A DNA stretch of 64,000 bases. It comes from Eukaryota sp. TZLM1-RC (taxonomy: Eukaryota > Protista > Metamonada: BaSk clade). Location: positions 744,001 through 808,000 of the forward strand of contig JAUPSS010000001.1 in assembly GCA_040285825.1 (NCBI GenBank), given 5' to 3'. Positions within the stretch are counted from its first letter, which is position 1. Every line of letters begins with the position of its first letter. Positions 23,543 to 36,079 of this stretch are shown one piece after another. The notes under the pieces were generated by a model. It did not search any database, was not told where the DNA came from, and worked only from the letters and a program-made list of their open reading frames with translations. A program made the translations under genes and the position numbers.

Positions 23543-26500
23543 TTTTTTTTCTCCCTCCCTTAGTCAACCCTCGTATATTTCACTTTCTGTCACGGAGTCA
23601 CAGTCGTACTGTGTCTTTGCCAAAACGATGCCAGTGACTGACAGTGACTCTGATACTGATTGGAACACCCAAGCAAAGATTCTACCCATCAGATCAAGCT
23701 CATCCCCTTCACTTCTCCACTCTCCCCACCCTTCAAGCTATGCTCGAAATTCTTCTCAAAAAAATTTGAAAATTTTTAAAAAAGACTTTTTGCCTTTATG
23801 TGATGCCCCTGATATTACGCCTGAAAAAGTGCAAAAAAGAAGATATACTTGTTCCAAATGTGGCAAGGTTGGTCATAACATTAGAAAATGTCCTGATATT
23901 ATTACCGAAAAAATGAGACTGAAAACCAATATTTCTATTGTTAATAGTTTGCAAACGCCATCCGAACTAAATCTTCCTCCTGTTCCCAATGTTTCTGCTG
24001 ATGATGTTAATTATGATTTAAATATTGATCAAACTCATTTACCAAAAACTGTTGCTCCTGATCCTACAGATAATTTCTTGAAACATAGTTGTCCTTTTTG
24101 CAAAAAGTTCCTCTCTAATTCTTCTAATGGTCGCCCTCTATTGTTTTGTTATGACTGTCAAACAAGTGATTCTCTTCGTACACCTGTTAAAATTCCTGTA
24201 GAGGTGAGTCCTGCCAGTTCTGTTCCTTTGTCAATGGAAATGCGTTCTTTTTCTTCGCAATTGAAATTGAACAAATGGAACATAACAAGATTTTGGAAAT
24301 TCTTTGCCAAAAAGAATAAGAAGAAAATTAATTACAAACCAAAACAGGGAAAAGCTAATTCATCTTTTCAGGCAAGAAAATTGTTTTTGAGAGGTAGATA
24401 TGGAAGCGGATTAAAAAATATTTTTTCGGGAAAACTGGCTGATAACAATCTCGAAACTGTTGAAAAATTAAAATCCCTCCATCCAATTGAAAATTTTTGC
24501 CCCAGTAGGCCTTCTATTTGTCACTATTGGCTCGAAAATCCATTTCAGGCTCAAGAAGTAGTGAATGCCGTTGCTAAATTACCAAAAGGAAAAGCTGCTG
24601 GTCCTTCAGGCATTTCCTTTGATTTGTTGAAAACTGCCTGTAAAAATGCTCCTGAAATTGTTGAGGATCTTGCTTCCTATTTTCAAAATTTAATGTGTTT
24701 AAATTATGTTCCTCCGCATGAATTGACTGCTGCCCGTTTAGTTGCTTTAGTTAAACCTGGTAAAGGTGACAAGCCTGATGGAGTTAGACCAATTGCTATT
24801 GGAGAGTCATTAACCAGATTGCTTTCTTCACTTATTTTCAACAGAATTTCTACTAAAGCAAGGGACTATTTGAAGCCTTTCCAATTTGGTATAAAAACTG
24901 TTGAAGGTGCTTCTGTTGCTTCAATGACTTCAGATGTTTTTTTCAATAGTCAACAACATCAATATATTTTCAATTTGGATTTCAAAAATGCTTTCAATTC
25001 TGTGAAACGTGATTGTATTTTTGATGTGCTTCTTCATGATTTTCCTGAACTTTCTGCATATTTTTATTTATTTTATGGAAAAAATCAGACTTAATTTTTG
25101 ACTCCTTTACCCTTGAATCTTCTTCTGGTGTGAAACAAGGTGATCCTCTTGGCCCTTTGCTGTTTTGTTTGGCTATTCATAATATTATTAAAATGACACA
25201 ACAAGATTTCCCTGATTTGCGTATTGCTGCCTATATGGATGACATTTCTATTATTGGTTCTTTTGAAAGCATTTCTAGGGTTTCTGAAGACATTGCGGCG
25301 AAATACAAAGAAATTGGTTTAGCTTTGAACCCATCTAAATGTCTCTTGATTGGTAGAGAAAAACAATCTTTGATGATTGGTGGAGCTCAGATTCCTTTTA
25401 TCAATTATGACCAACAAGCTTTTAAGTTTCTTGGATGTTGGCTTGGCAATTTGGATGAAATTTATTCCCAGTTAAACAATTTATTGGAGAAGTTTGACAA
25501 GGATCTTAGTTTTATCGCTGAATGTGACATTGAGAAACACATCAAATTTTTTATTTTAAAAATTTGTTATTCTGGAAAATTCACTCATATTTTAAGGTCA
25601 ACTCCCCCTTCGGCATCTCTCAATTTTTGCAGATCTTTTAACAAACTTCGAGTCAAATTTTTTTCTTCTTTATTAGAAGTAAATGAATCTTTAATTCGAA
25701 GTCATGTATTTTGTTCAGCAGATTTGGGTGGAATTGGATTCACCAAATCTTCGATTCTGTGTAAAGCAGCATTTTTGGGAGGTGGTAAAAATTTTGTTTT
25801 TGAATTTTTCCAAAGATTCCCTTTTGATGTTCATCTGATCAATGGTGAATCAAATTTTTACTTGAATCAACTGCAATTTGAATTAGAAAATTTGCCTAGT
25901 GATATCTGGATTCAGTGTTTTCCTCAAAACGTTCAAGAAATTCCCACTCGATCTCTTCCAAATTTACGTTTTTGCTTGAAAAAGCTTCAGCACCATCTGG
26001 TTAAATTATATGAAGGCTTGGATTATGAAGTAAGACTTGGCTTGGCCAAAACTAAAAATCCCGCTTTCGGTAATTTTTTAAAGGATATTCGTGATAGTTC
26101 TGCTGCTGCTTTAGTAACTCAAGTTCCCTCTGTTTATGGACTTTTGCTAAAAGACAATGAATGGCTTTTAAACATGCGTTTTCGTTGTTTTCTGTGGCCA
26201 AACAATTTGCCCAATCATTTAACTTGTAAATGTGGTAAACCTCTTTTGTTTACTCATCTTTTGAACTGTAAACATTTCATTACGTATAGAAGCAAAGTGC
26301 ATAATAACGTCAGGGACCAAATTTATGTAATGTGCAAATCATATCGTGTAGATTCCTTCTTAGAACCGCTGTTATCAAAATTAATTCTTGATGATCCCAA
26401 TATTGATAGTACGCGTTACAACAGAGCTTCTATGGGTTTGACTAGAGGTGATCTAGTTGTTCCCGGTTTAAATGGTAGTTTTACTATTTTGGACGCCATG

Positions 26501-26961
26501 TCTATTGACCCTTGTAATTCCTCTAACGAACATTTCATTAACTCGGATGTAAATAATCCTCTTCTTACAGGCGAAAAATATAAAATTGCTAAATATGCGA
26601 AACCCATTTCCTCGGTTAATGAAAATTCTCATGCCCAATATAATTTATGTCCATTTGTTTTTTCTTTGCTTGGATCTCTAGGTAAGGCTGCTATGGCTTT
26701 CATTGAGGATTTTGTTGTAGTTGTAAAGGAAAGAACTGGAAGAATTTTCAATCGTGTTTACTGGCAAAACAGGATTGTATTTTCTATTTTTAAGGGAATG
26801 GTAACACTAATTTCTGATTCACTATCTTCTTTTGGGAAATTTTCTGAATCTTTAGCGATTAATTGTTTTGATGTAGGGGAGGCAGGTTTTGAGGATGTGG
26901 AGTTTTAATTTTGTATTTCATATTTGTTGTTGAATAAATAAATAAAAATATATATTAAAAA
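23543..26961 (+). mobile_element. near-intact CRE-like non-LTR retrotransposon, family B, with 12-bp TSD
   Basis: TSD AAAACCACAGAA at 23531-23542 and 26962-26973; 3' (AATA)n and A-rich tail. Confidence 0.95.
23628..26908 (+). CDS. retrotransposon polyprotein: CCHC knuckle, C4 finger, reverse transcriptase, zinc finger, RLE endonuclease (one frameshift in an A run near 25080)
   Basis: CSKCGKVGHNIRKC, CPFC..CYDC, RPIAIGE, DFKNAFN, GVKQGDPLGP, YMDD, CKC..HLLNC, RGD..ILD..EKYK. Confidence 0.9.
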
Positions 26962-26985
26962 AAAACCACAGAAAGTTCGCACATA

Positions 26986-27866
26986 ATGTCCCTCCTCTAT
27001 TCTCACACTTCAGATTATTTAACAGTAAACTCACTAGATCTACATACAGAAAGATGGATCCCAGCCAACAAAGCTGTTAGGGATTGTACACTTGTGTTGT
27101 TGAACCACGGTATGTTTGGTAATACATACAATTGGAGGTTCCTTGGTCCCTTTCTTGCTGAAAAGGGTTTCTTTGTGTTAGCCATTGATATGGTTGGCTT
27201 TGGGCTATCCTGTCGATGTACAAATTTTGTTCATGGTCATGATGATAGAGCCAGGTTGTTATGGGGTGTAATACAACATGTAGAGCAAGAGTATAGCATA
27301 TCAGATACCCTGAAATGGGTAATTATTGCTCATTCAATGGGATGTGCTAGTGCAATAATGATGAAAAAGGAGAAAGAACACAAAATGGAACGTTTAATCT
27401 TTATTGCCCCGGCTCTACAACCAGTCATTCCACCTGTACCGAAATTCATATGCAGCTTGAGACCACTGAGACCATTGATTTATCCAATTACCAAAGCAGT
27501 ACTCAAAAGAAGAGTCGCTTTGAAAGGAGTCTAATTAAAGCTTATGGAAGGGTACCTACTGAGGAAGAGATTGAAGGACACTTCACTCCACTACAGATGC
27601 CCGAGACACATAAATGCTTAGTTAAAATGATGGCAACTCAAAGTGAGGATATTGGTGTTGATTTAATAAGGTCAATCGGGGATCTCCCAATACTGATAAT
27701 ATGGGGAGACAAGGACGCAGTGGTTCCGTTAGAAGAAGGAAGGTGGTTGGAAGAGCTACTGAACACTTCAATAGTAGTTATTGAAGGCGAAGGTCATTGT
27801 CCCGCTGAAACAAATCCAGAAGAGACAAACCACATCATTTGGGATTGGCTATCCAAAACTCCGTAG
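26986..27866 (+). CDS. alpha/beta hydrolase fold protein (frameshift near 27520)
   Basis: NHGMFG, DMVGFGLS, AHSMG nucleophile elbow, WGDKDAVVP, GEGHCP. Confidence 0.85.
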
Positions 27867-27984
27867 CATCATGTCTGGAGATTAACATTGTAATACTATG
27901 TCAGCCTATATCTAGGGCACAAGTAAGGTCTATTGTTTGATTGACAAATACATAAACTCAAAAAGATACATTAAAAAACATTCA

Positions 27985-28175
27985 TTTTATTAAATAAGGA
28001 ATAAGAAATCATCAAATACACAACTAAAGCTCCTCAAAACCTGCCTCCCCTGCATTGAAACAGTTTATTACTAATTCACAAAATTTTCCAAAAGAAGAAA
28101 GTCAATCAGAAACTATTTTCTCCATTTTCTTACATAGAAAATACAATCCTGTTTTGCCAGTAAACACGATTGAAT
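27985..28175 (-). mobile_element. 3' end remnant of CRE-like family B, inverted
   Basis: Reverse complement matches 26745-26935 (FNRVYWQNRIVF, GEAGFE). Confidence 0.75.
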
Positions 28176-29289
28176 AAACACAATCGAATCAAATGGTATG
28201 TACATATTGATTGAACTGAAAAGAAGAATCGAAGGGTCTTCACCGTTGTAACCCCTTTCCAAAGCTATTATTACGTGGAGGGGACTTAGTTTCCTATTCT
28301 ACTTGATATCTGTTTATCAGAGTATTACTTCGGGTTATGTGAGAATACAATGTGGGAGAATGAACTTGTTCGAGCTGATGATTATATTGTTGATCAAATC
28401 CGTTAAACTTTTTGGTTGACTTTTATGTTGAATACTATTCACCCAATTTCAGTTTCCCTCCAAACCTCCGTCAAACCATGTGCCGCTGACTTTTCGCATA
28501 CTTTCTGGAGTCAAACCAACTCAACGGCTTCTATAACTTAATTTGCAGTGTTCAGGAGACATCAGACATCTCTTCTGTTTGTAAGAACTCTCACCAACGA
28601 TGGGCCTGGTTTCATGTTGGAAAACCTGTCATCATCAATTTACCAAAGGTTTCCGTGCCACCCTTTCCGTGCCACCCTTTCTGAAGGATATTATTGGATA
28701 AGGACTTGTAATGGACCGCTGCGTAGGCTTAGAGCCAATTCAGGTAGATTTTTTTAGTAGTTATTTAATGAACTTTAATCATTGTAAGAGAAATAATATA
28801 AACAAATGTTTACTAACAAGAAAATACAAAGAGATATTGTTCTCAATCCAATTTGGAAAGACTGATTTATAAATAGATCGAAGGTTTTTGAAACAGTCCC
28901 AGGCTTACCCATCGGTACTAGTTGTTTCTCATTTATTCCATAAAGATTAGAACTTCTTTGTTTTGCGTGGTAGATTACATAAGGCTTCAAAAGTAGCATT
29001 CATTCGTCTAAAAGAGGGTATGATTATGACCCAACCATCATTTTGAACAAAGGAAAAGCACAGAGGTTGTTGGCTTTAAGTGTCATCAGCTTCATTGATG
29101 TCAGAGCTTTTTTACGATGCTCTCAAAAGACTACATTGGGTTTGGGGGATTGATGAAGGGAATCGAAGTTGGGAATTCAGCTTTTGTAAACTCAACAGGA
29201 GATTTCTTTTACAATGGCTGTGGTTATATACAGTATCGTATTTCTAGTACTCATTTTCAGCAGCATCTTCTATCATGTTTTCTTTTATT

Positions 29290-31000
29290 TTGAAACGCAA
29301 ACAATAAAAATAAACAACAAACTAGAACTCAATAATTTCTCAATACACCCATCCACATCATCTAATATCTCAAGTGCACGATCTGTATACTCTAGTGATA
29401 ATTGTAACTGTTTTGGTTATCATTTCTGAAATTGTTTTAAGTATACTAAAAACAACTCTAATGTACCTGAAATTAATGATCAGCTCGATTCCTGCTCTTT
29501 CTTTTAGGAAACATCAGAAACCTTCGACAAATTTTATACCAAATAATCCAAAGTTACCAAAAAGAGAAACAGCAAATGGAACCAACTGATATTTCACATG
29601 CTCAACAAACCCTAGGCGAGATAAAGGCTCTTGATTTTGCTCTTTTCAATGAAGCAGAGTGGAGTTTCATCTTTTTTGGCAAAATCAATTGCTGAATCTT
29701 CACAACCATCAACAACTTTCATCACACCATCAGACGCAGAAGTCATTAAATCAGCACGGCGTTTTCCAAAAGTATTATCATCATTCTCAGGTGGCAATTT
29801 ACGCAGAATTGGTTCAACAAAAGCTTCAATATGGTGACTTTTGCACATGGCTTACAGTTGGTAACTAACAACATCATCAACAACTGATCGTTAGGTAATA
29901 TTAAATTAGCAATAATATAAATGATTCAACATAAGAAGCTGACCACAACGACAAATCAATTCATTTGGCAAACTGCATGGCCACAGAAAATAACCTCATT
30001 TTTAAGGCAGTTGTCCTTTGATGGCGATTTAAGAATAAAACATAAACATCTAGAATTTGGTAAATGAGACAACTTGAGCTACTTTCCTTAAGATCAATAC
30101 AACAGTTGGTAAAAAGGAGATTCTTCTCTTTATGCAAGCTAAGATCAACAATAAAATGCAAGTTTTCAAAAACCCTTAGTATATATTTCTGCAATTTGGT
30201 ATATGCAGATCTTCAAGAAATCAAAGTTCTGGCAGGAATTTCTTCAATATCGGTAGGAAAGCATTTGGAGCAGATGTGAGGAGAGAGGGATTCAATTTCG
30301 TTCTCCAATTTCCTTCACCAAATAATCAATACCACAACATTCTATTAAATGTTTGTTTTCAGGAAAACGTTTCAATAATTCAAAAATTTTGCATCCACCA
30401 ATCGATGCAGTTTTACACAAATATTTAGAATTGTTAAAATCTAAGCCTCCTAATTCTGTGATAAACAAATATGACCACGGAAAACAGAAGAATCAATATT
30501 GAGCATATCATCCAACAATTTTGTTCTTAATTCATTAAAAATTCTGCAAAATTCGAGAGAGATGGTAAGGTTGATCGTAGGATATGACTAAATTCTTCTG
30601 AATAACAAATTCTGAGAAAGAAAAATTTAGGATGTCTTTGAATATCTAAATCTGAAAGAACAGCAATTTCCTGTTCAAAATGTGCAAAAAGGGAGGAAAA
30701 GTGATTTCATATATCCTCAAAATTGGCTAAATAACCACCTAAAAATCGAATCCTGATTCAAAAGAGTTAATGAAAGGAACAATTTGATCATCAATAACCA
30801 GTTCAGCAATCTCTTTACCAATCAACAAGCATTTAGAAATATTTAAGGAAAGACTAATTTGATAATAGTTGTTGAACAATTCTAACAATCTTTCTCAATG
30901 AAGCAATTGGACCAATAATTAAAATTTCATTTATATCAGCAGTAATTTGAATAGCTTGAAATTCTTGTATTAATTCATTCATTAAAGGATGAATAGCAAA
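29290..31000 (-). mobile_element. degraded CRE-like retrotransposon (family D)
   Basis: MCKSHHIEAFVEPILR..RRADL..VVD RLE motif plus decayed RT/thumb remnants. Confidence 0.75.
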
Positions 31001-32799
31001 GCAGAAAAAGATAGGACACAACGGATAATCTTATTGACACCAGATGATATGAAATTACAATCTTTTTTGATAAGCGTTTGCTGTGAGCCATAAAAATTGT
31101 AAAATAATACTTAACATGCTCAACACATTTTAGCTGCGATAAGGGTACGTTGTACTCTTTAATTTTGCTCTTTTCATCAAAGGAGATCGGAATTTTGCAA
31201 ACATTGTGAAATAGTGATGAATTTTGCATAAATTCCTATTTTAACTCGAATTTGACAAAACAAAATTTATAAGTAAAACCAGTCTATAAAGGATTATGAA
31301 GTGGCAATTTTGATAGCTCTTCATAAAGATCGTTCTCTGGTTAACTGAATATTCTTGAAACACTTAGAATAAAATACTAGAACACTAGAACAATAAAATA
31401 CGTTCAATTAAGAGCATGTTATTAAACAATTTGTCTTGTTCACGATCGAAGAACAATACAGGTTTTGCAACAATTCTAAGTGATCAAAAAATCTGATTCG
31501 AATTTTAAACCGGTATAAACTCTGCAACAGTTTCCGTTAGTATTTTCAAGTATTTTTGGAGTTGTAAGACAATACTGTTTTAGTTTTAAGCAAACAAATT
31601 TCTATAACCGTGTGATATCCCATATTCCTTCTTTTAAATTATTAGTAAATTTCCAGAAGCAAATTGAAAAGGAAGATAGAAGATAGAGGAGTTCCCTGTG
31701 CTGTAACACGTATAATATTTTGAACAATCTACAGCCTTGCAAGATTCACAAACAAAGGCCAAGTCAATTACAAAGTTCCTCAAGAGTTTAAAAACATTTC
31801 CACACATGCGTCTGGAAACAATAATTGTTTTAGTCTCGATTCTGATGATCAAGAGATACCTTTGCTTTTATTCATTGTGATGATGTTTTACTTAGTGAAG
31901 ACCGAAAAAGAGGAAAATATACTGCAATATTAAATGATTTAAATAAGAATCTTTACTCAAAGTTTTCGTTTGTTCCTTTTGTCTTTTCGATTTTTGGCAA
32001 CATTGGACAGTTCGCCTTGGATTTTATCAATGATTTTTGGTAATTTGTGTCGTTCAAGTAGTAACAATTTTGCAGGGAATTTATGGAAGAATCGTATCAT
32101 TTTCGCTTTGTACAGAAGTGTTCCCAAATAGTTTTGTTTCTTGTGTGTTTTAGTTTCTTTTGATTTGACTTGATTATTCGCAGAAAATAAATATATATTT
32201 GTTAAAAAATTACAGTAACAATTTCTCACAGAAGGAAATTTTTGCGAAGAACATGCTAACTCAAGATCCACAAATATCGAAAATGCCCAATCTTCAGAAT
32301 CACCCTCATTGATCAAGCACCATGCAGTCAGACCCGGAAAGTGGGAAAGGAAATGCTGGCTCCCACTTTGGGGTCCCCTTTTGCCAGAAGTGCAGCAGAT
32401 CCCCTTTTGCTTACCCATCGGTACTAGTTGTTTCTCATTTATTCCATAAAGATTAGAACTTCTTTGTTTTGCGTGGTAGATTACATAAGGCTTCAAAAGT
32501 AGCATTCATTCGTCTAAAAGAGGGTATGATTATGACCCAACCATCATTTTGAACAAAGGAAAAGCACAGAGGTTGTTGGCTTTAAGTGTCATCAGCTTCA
32601 TTGATGTCAGAGCTTTTTTACGGTGCTCTCAAAAGACTACATTGGGTTTGGAGGATTGATGAAGGGAATCGAAGTTGGGAATTCAGCTTTTGTAAACTCA
32701 ACAGGAGATTTCTTTTACAATGGCTGTGGTTATATACAGTATCGTATTTCTAGTACTCATTTTCAGCAGCATCTTCTATCATGTTTTCTTTTATTTTGA

Positions 32800-34510
32800 A
32801 ACGCAAACAAAACAAATAAACAATTAACTAGAACTCAATAATTTCTCAATACACCCATCCACATCATCTAATATCTCAAGTGCACGATCTGTATACTCTA
32901 GTGATAATTGTAACTGTTTTGGTTATCATTTCTGAAATTGTTTTAAGTATACTAAAAACAACTCTAATGTACCTGAAATTAATGATCAGCTCGTTTCCTG
33001 CTCTTTCTTTTAGGAAACATCAGAATCCTTCGACAAATTTTATACCAAAGATTCCAAAGTTACCAAAAAGAGAAACAGCAAATGGAACCAACTGATATTT
33101 CAAATGCTCAACAAACCCTAGGCGAGATAAAGGCTCTTGATTTTGCTCTTTTCAATGAAGCAGAGTGGAGTTTCATCTTTTTTGGCAAAATCAATTGCTG
33201 AATCTTCACAACCATCAACAACTTTCATCACACCATCAGACGCAGAAGTCATTAAATCAGCACGGCGTTTTCCACAAGTATTATCATCATTCTCAGGTGG
33301 CAATTTACGCAGAAGTGGTTCAACAAAAGCTTCAATATGGTGACTTTTGCACATGGTTTACAGTTGGTAACTAACAACATCATCAACAACTGATCGTTAA
33401 GTAATATTAAATTAGCAATAATATAAATGATTCAACATAAGAAGCTGACCACAACGACAAATCAATTCATTTGGCAAACTGCATGGCCACAGAAAATAAC
33501 CTTATTTTTAAGGCAGTTGTCCTTTGATGGCGATTTAAGAATAAAACATAAACATCTAGAATTTGGTAAATGAGACAACTTGAGCTACTTTCCTTAAGAT
33601 CAATACAACAGTTGGTAAAAACGAAATTCTTCTCTTTATGCAAGCTAAGAACAATCAATAAAATGCAAGTTTTCAAAAACCCTTAGTATTTATTTCTGCA
33701 ATTTGGTGTATGTAGATCTTCAAGAAATCAAAGTTCTGGCGGGAATTTCTTCAATATCGGTAGGAAAGCATGTGGACCAGATGTGAGGAGAGAGGGATTC
33801 AATTTCGTTCTCCAATTTCCTTCCCCAAATAATCAATACCACAACATTCTATTAAATGTTTGTTTTCAGGAAAACGTTTCAATAATTCAAAAATTTTGCA
33901 TCCACCAATCGATGCAGTTTTACACAAATATTTAGAATTGTTAAAATCTAAGCCTCCTAATTCTGTGATAAACAAATATGACCACGGAAAACAGAAGAAT
34001 CAATATTGAGCATATCATCCAACAATTTTGTTCTTGAATCATTAAAAATTCTGCAAAATTCGAGATAGATGGTAAGGTTGATCGTAGGATATGACTAAAT
34101 TCTTCTGAATAACAAATTCTGAGAAAGAAAAATTTAGGATGTCTTTGAATATCTAAATCTGAAAGAACAGCAATTTCCTGTTCAAAATGTGCAAAAAGGG
34201 AGAAAAAGTGATTTCATATATCCTCAAAATTGGCTAAATAACCACCTAAAAATCGAATCCTGATTCAAAAGAGTTAATGAAAGGAACAATTTGATCATCA
34301 ATAACCAGTTCAGCAATCTCTTTACCAATCAACAAGCATTTAGAAATATTTAAGGAAAGACTAATTTGATAATAGTTGTTGAACAATTCTAACAATTTTT
34401 CTCAATGAAGCAATTGGACCAATAATTAAAATTTCATTTATATAAGCAGTAATTTGAATAGCTTGAAATTCTTGTATTAATTCATTCATTAAAGGGTGAA
34501 TAGCAAAGCA
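32800..34510 (-). mobile_element. degraded CRE-like retrotransposon (family D), duplicate
   Basis: Copy of 29290-31000. Confidence 0.75.
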
Positions 34511-35895
34511 GAAAAAGATAGGACACAACGGATAATCTTATTGACACCAGATGATATGAAATTACAATCTTTCTTGATAAGCGTTTGCTGTGAGCCATAA
34601 AAATTGTAAAATAATACTTAACATGCGCAACACATCCTACCTACGATAAGGGTACGTTGTACTCTTTAATTTTACTCTTTTCATCAAAGGGGATCGGAAT
34701 TTTGCAAACATTGTGAAATAGTGATGAATTTTGCATAAATTCCTATTTTAAATCGAATTTGACAAAACAAAATTTATAAGTAAAAGCAGTCTATAAAGGA
34801 TTATGAAGTGGCAATTTTGATAGCTCTTCATAAAGATCGTTCTCTGGTTAACTGAATATTCTTGAAACACTTAGAATAAAATACTAGAACACTAGAACAA
34901 TAAAATACGTTCAATTAAGAGCATGTTATTAAACAATTTGTCTTGTTCACGATCGAAGAACAATACAGGTTTTGCAACAATTCTAAGTGATCAAAAAATC
35001 TGATTCGAATTTTAAACCGGTATAAACTCTGCAACAGTTTCCGTTAGTATTTTCAAGTATTTTTGGAGTTGTAAGACAATACTGTTTTAGCTTTAAGCAA
35101 ACAAATTTCCATGTCCGTGTGATATCCCATATTCCTTCTTTTAAATTATTAGTAAATTTCCAGAAGCAAATTGAAAAGGAAGGTAGAAGATAGAGGAGTT
35201 ACCTGTGCTGTAACACGTATAATATTTTGAACAATCTAAAGCCTTGCAAGATTCACAAACAAAGGCCAAGTCAATTACGAAGTTCCTCAAGAGTTTAAAA
35301 ATTTTCCACACATGCGTCTGGAAACAATAATTGTTTTAGTCTCGATTCTGATGATCAAGAGATACCTTTGCTTTTATTTATTGTGATGATGTTTTACTTA
35401 GTGAAGACCGAAAAAGAGGAAAATACACTGCGATATTAATGATTTAAATAAGAATCTTTACTCAAAGTTTTCGTTTGTTACTTTTGTCTTTTCGATTTTT
35501 GGCAACATTGGACAATCCGCCTTGAATTTTATCAATGATTTTTGGTAATTTGTGTCGTTCAAGTAGTAACAATTTTGCAGGGAATTTATGGAAGAATCGT
35601 ATCATTTTCGCTTTGTACAGAAGTGTTCCCAAATAGTTTTGTTTCTTGTGTGTTTTAGTTTCTTTTGATTTGACTTGATTATTCGCAGAAAATAAATATA
35701 TATTTGTTAAAAAATTACAGTAACAATTTCTCACAAAAGGAAATTTTTGCGAAGAACATGCAAAATCAAGATCCACAAAAACCTAAAATGCCCAATCTTC
35801 AGAATCACCCTCATTGATCAAGCACCATGCAGTCAGACCCGGAAAGTGGGAAAGGAAACGCTGGCTCCCACTTTGGGGTCCCCTTTTGCCAGAAG

Positions 35896-35969
35896 TGCAG
35901 CAGATAGGATTCGAACCCTGTTGCCAAAGCAGAGAACGAAGAGCAAACCCACTGGACTACGATGTTGGC
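35896..35969 (-). ncRNA. tRNA-derived Pol III element (degenerate tRNA / SINE head)
   Basis: A box TAGTCCAGTGG and B box GGTTCGAATCC at tRNA spacing; no canonical cloverleaf; followed by a GC-rich hairpin body. Confidence 0.55.
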
Positions 35970-36079
35970 AAATGAGGTTGTTGATTTTTCTAGTTTATAT
36001 TGGGTTTTGATTTGTATTGGTGTTGGACGATTTTTCAGTTGGTTTTGTATTGATGAAAAAAGTAATTGAAATGTGTTTA

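Larger units (their letters stand above)
28903..35905. repeat. 3.5-kb direct tandem segmental duplication (28903-32400 and 32409-35905)
   Basis: Both units start GCTTACCCATCGGTACTAG and end GAAGTGCAGCAGAT, with high identity throughout. Confidence 0.95.

Noticed and set aside
25070-25095. Programmed frameshift or two-ORF structure in the retrotransposon
   Set aside because: The break is inside the RT domain at an A run, and the window shows pervasive homopolymer indels
28650-28680. 14-bp tandem duplication TTTCCGTGCCACCC (and a similar short duplication at about 42640-42673)
   Set aside because: Simple slippage duplications with no sign of function
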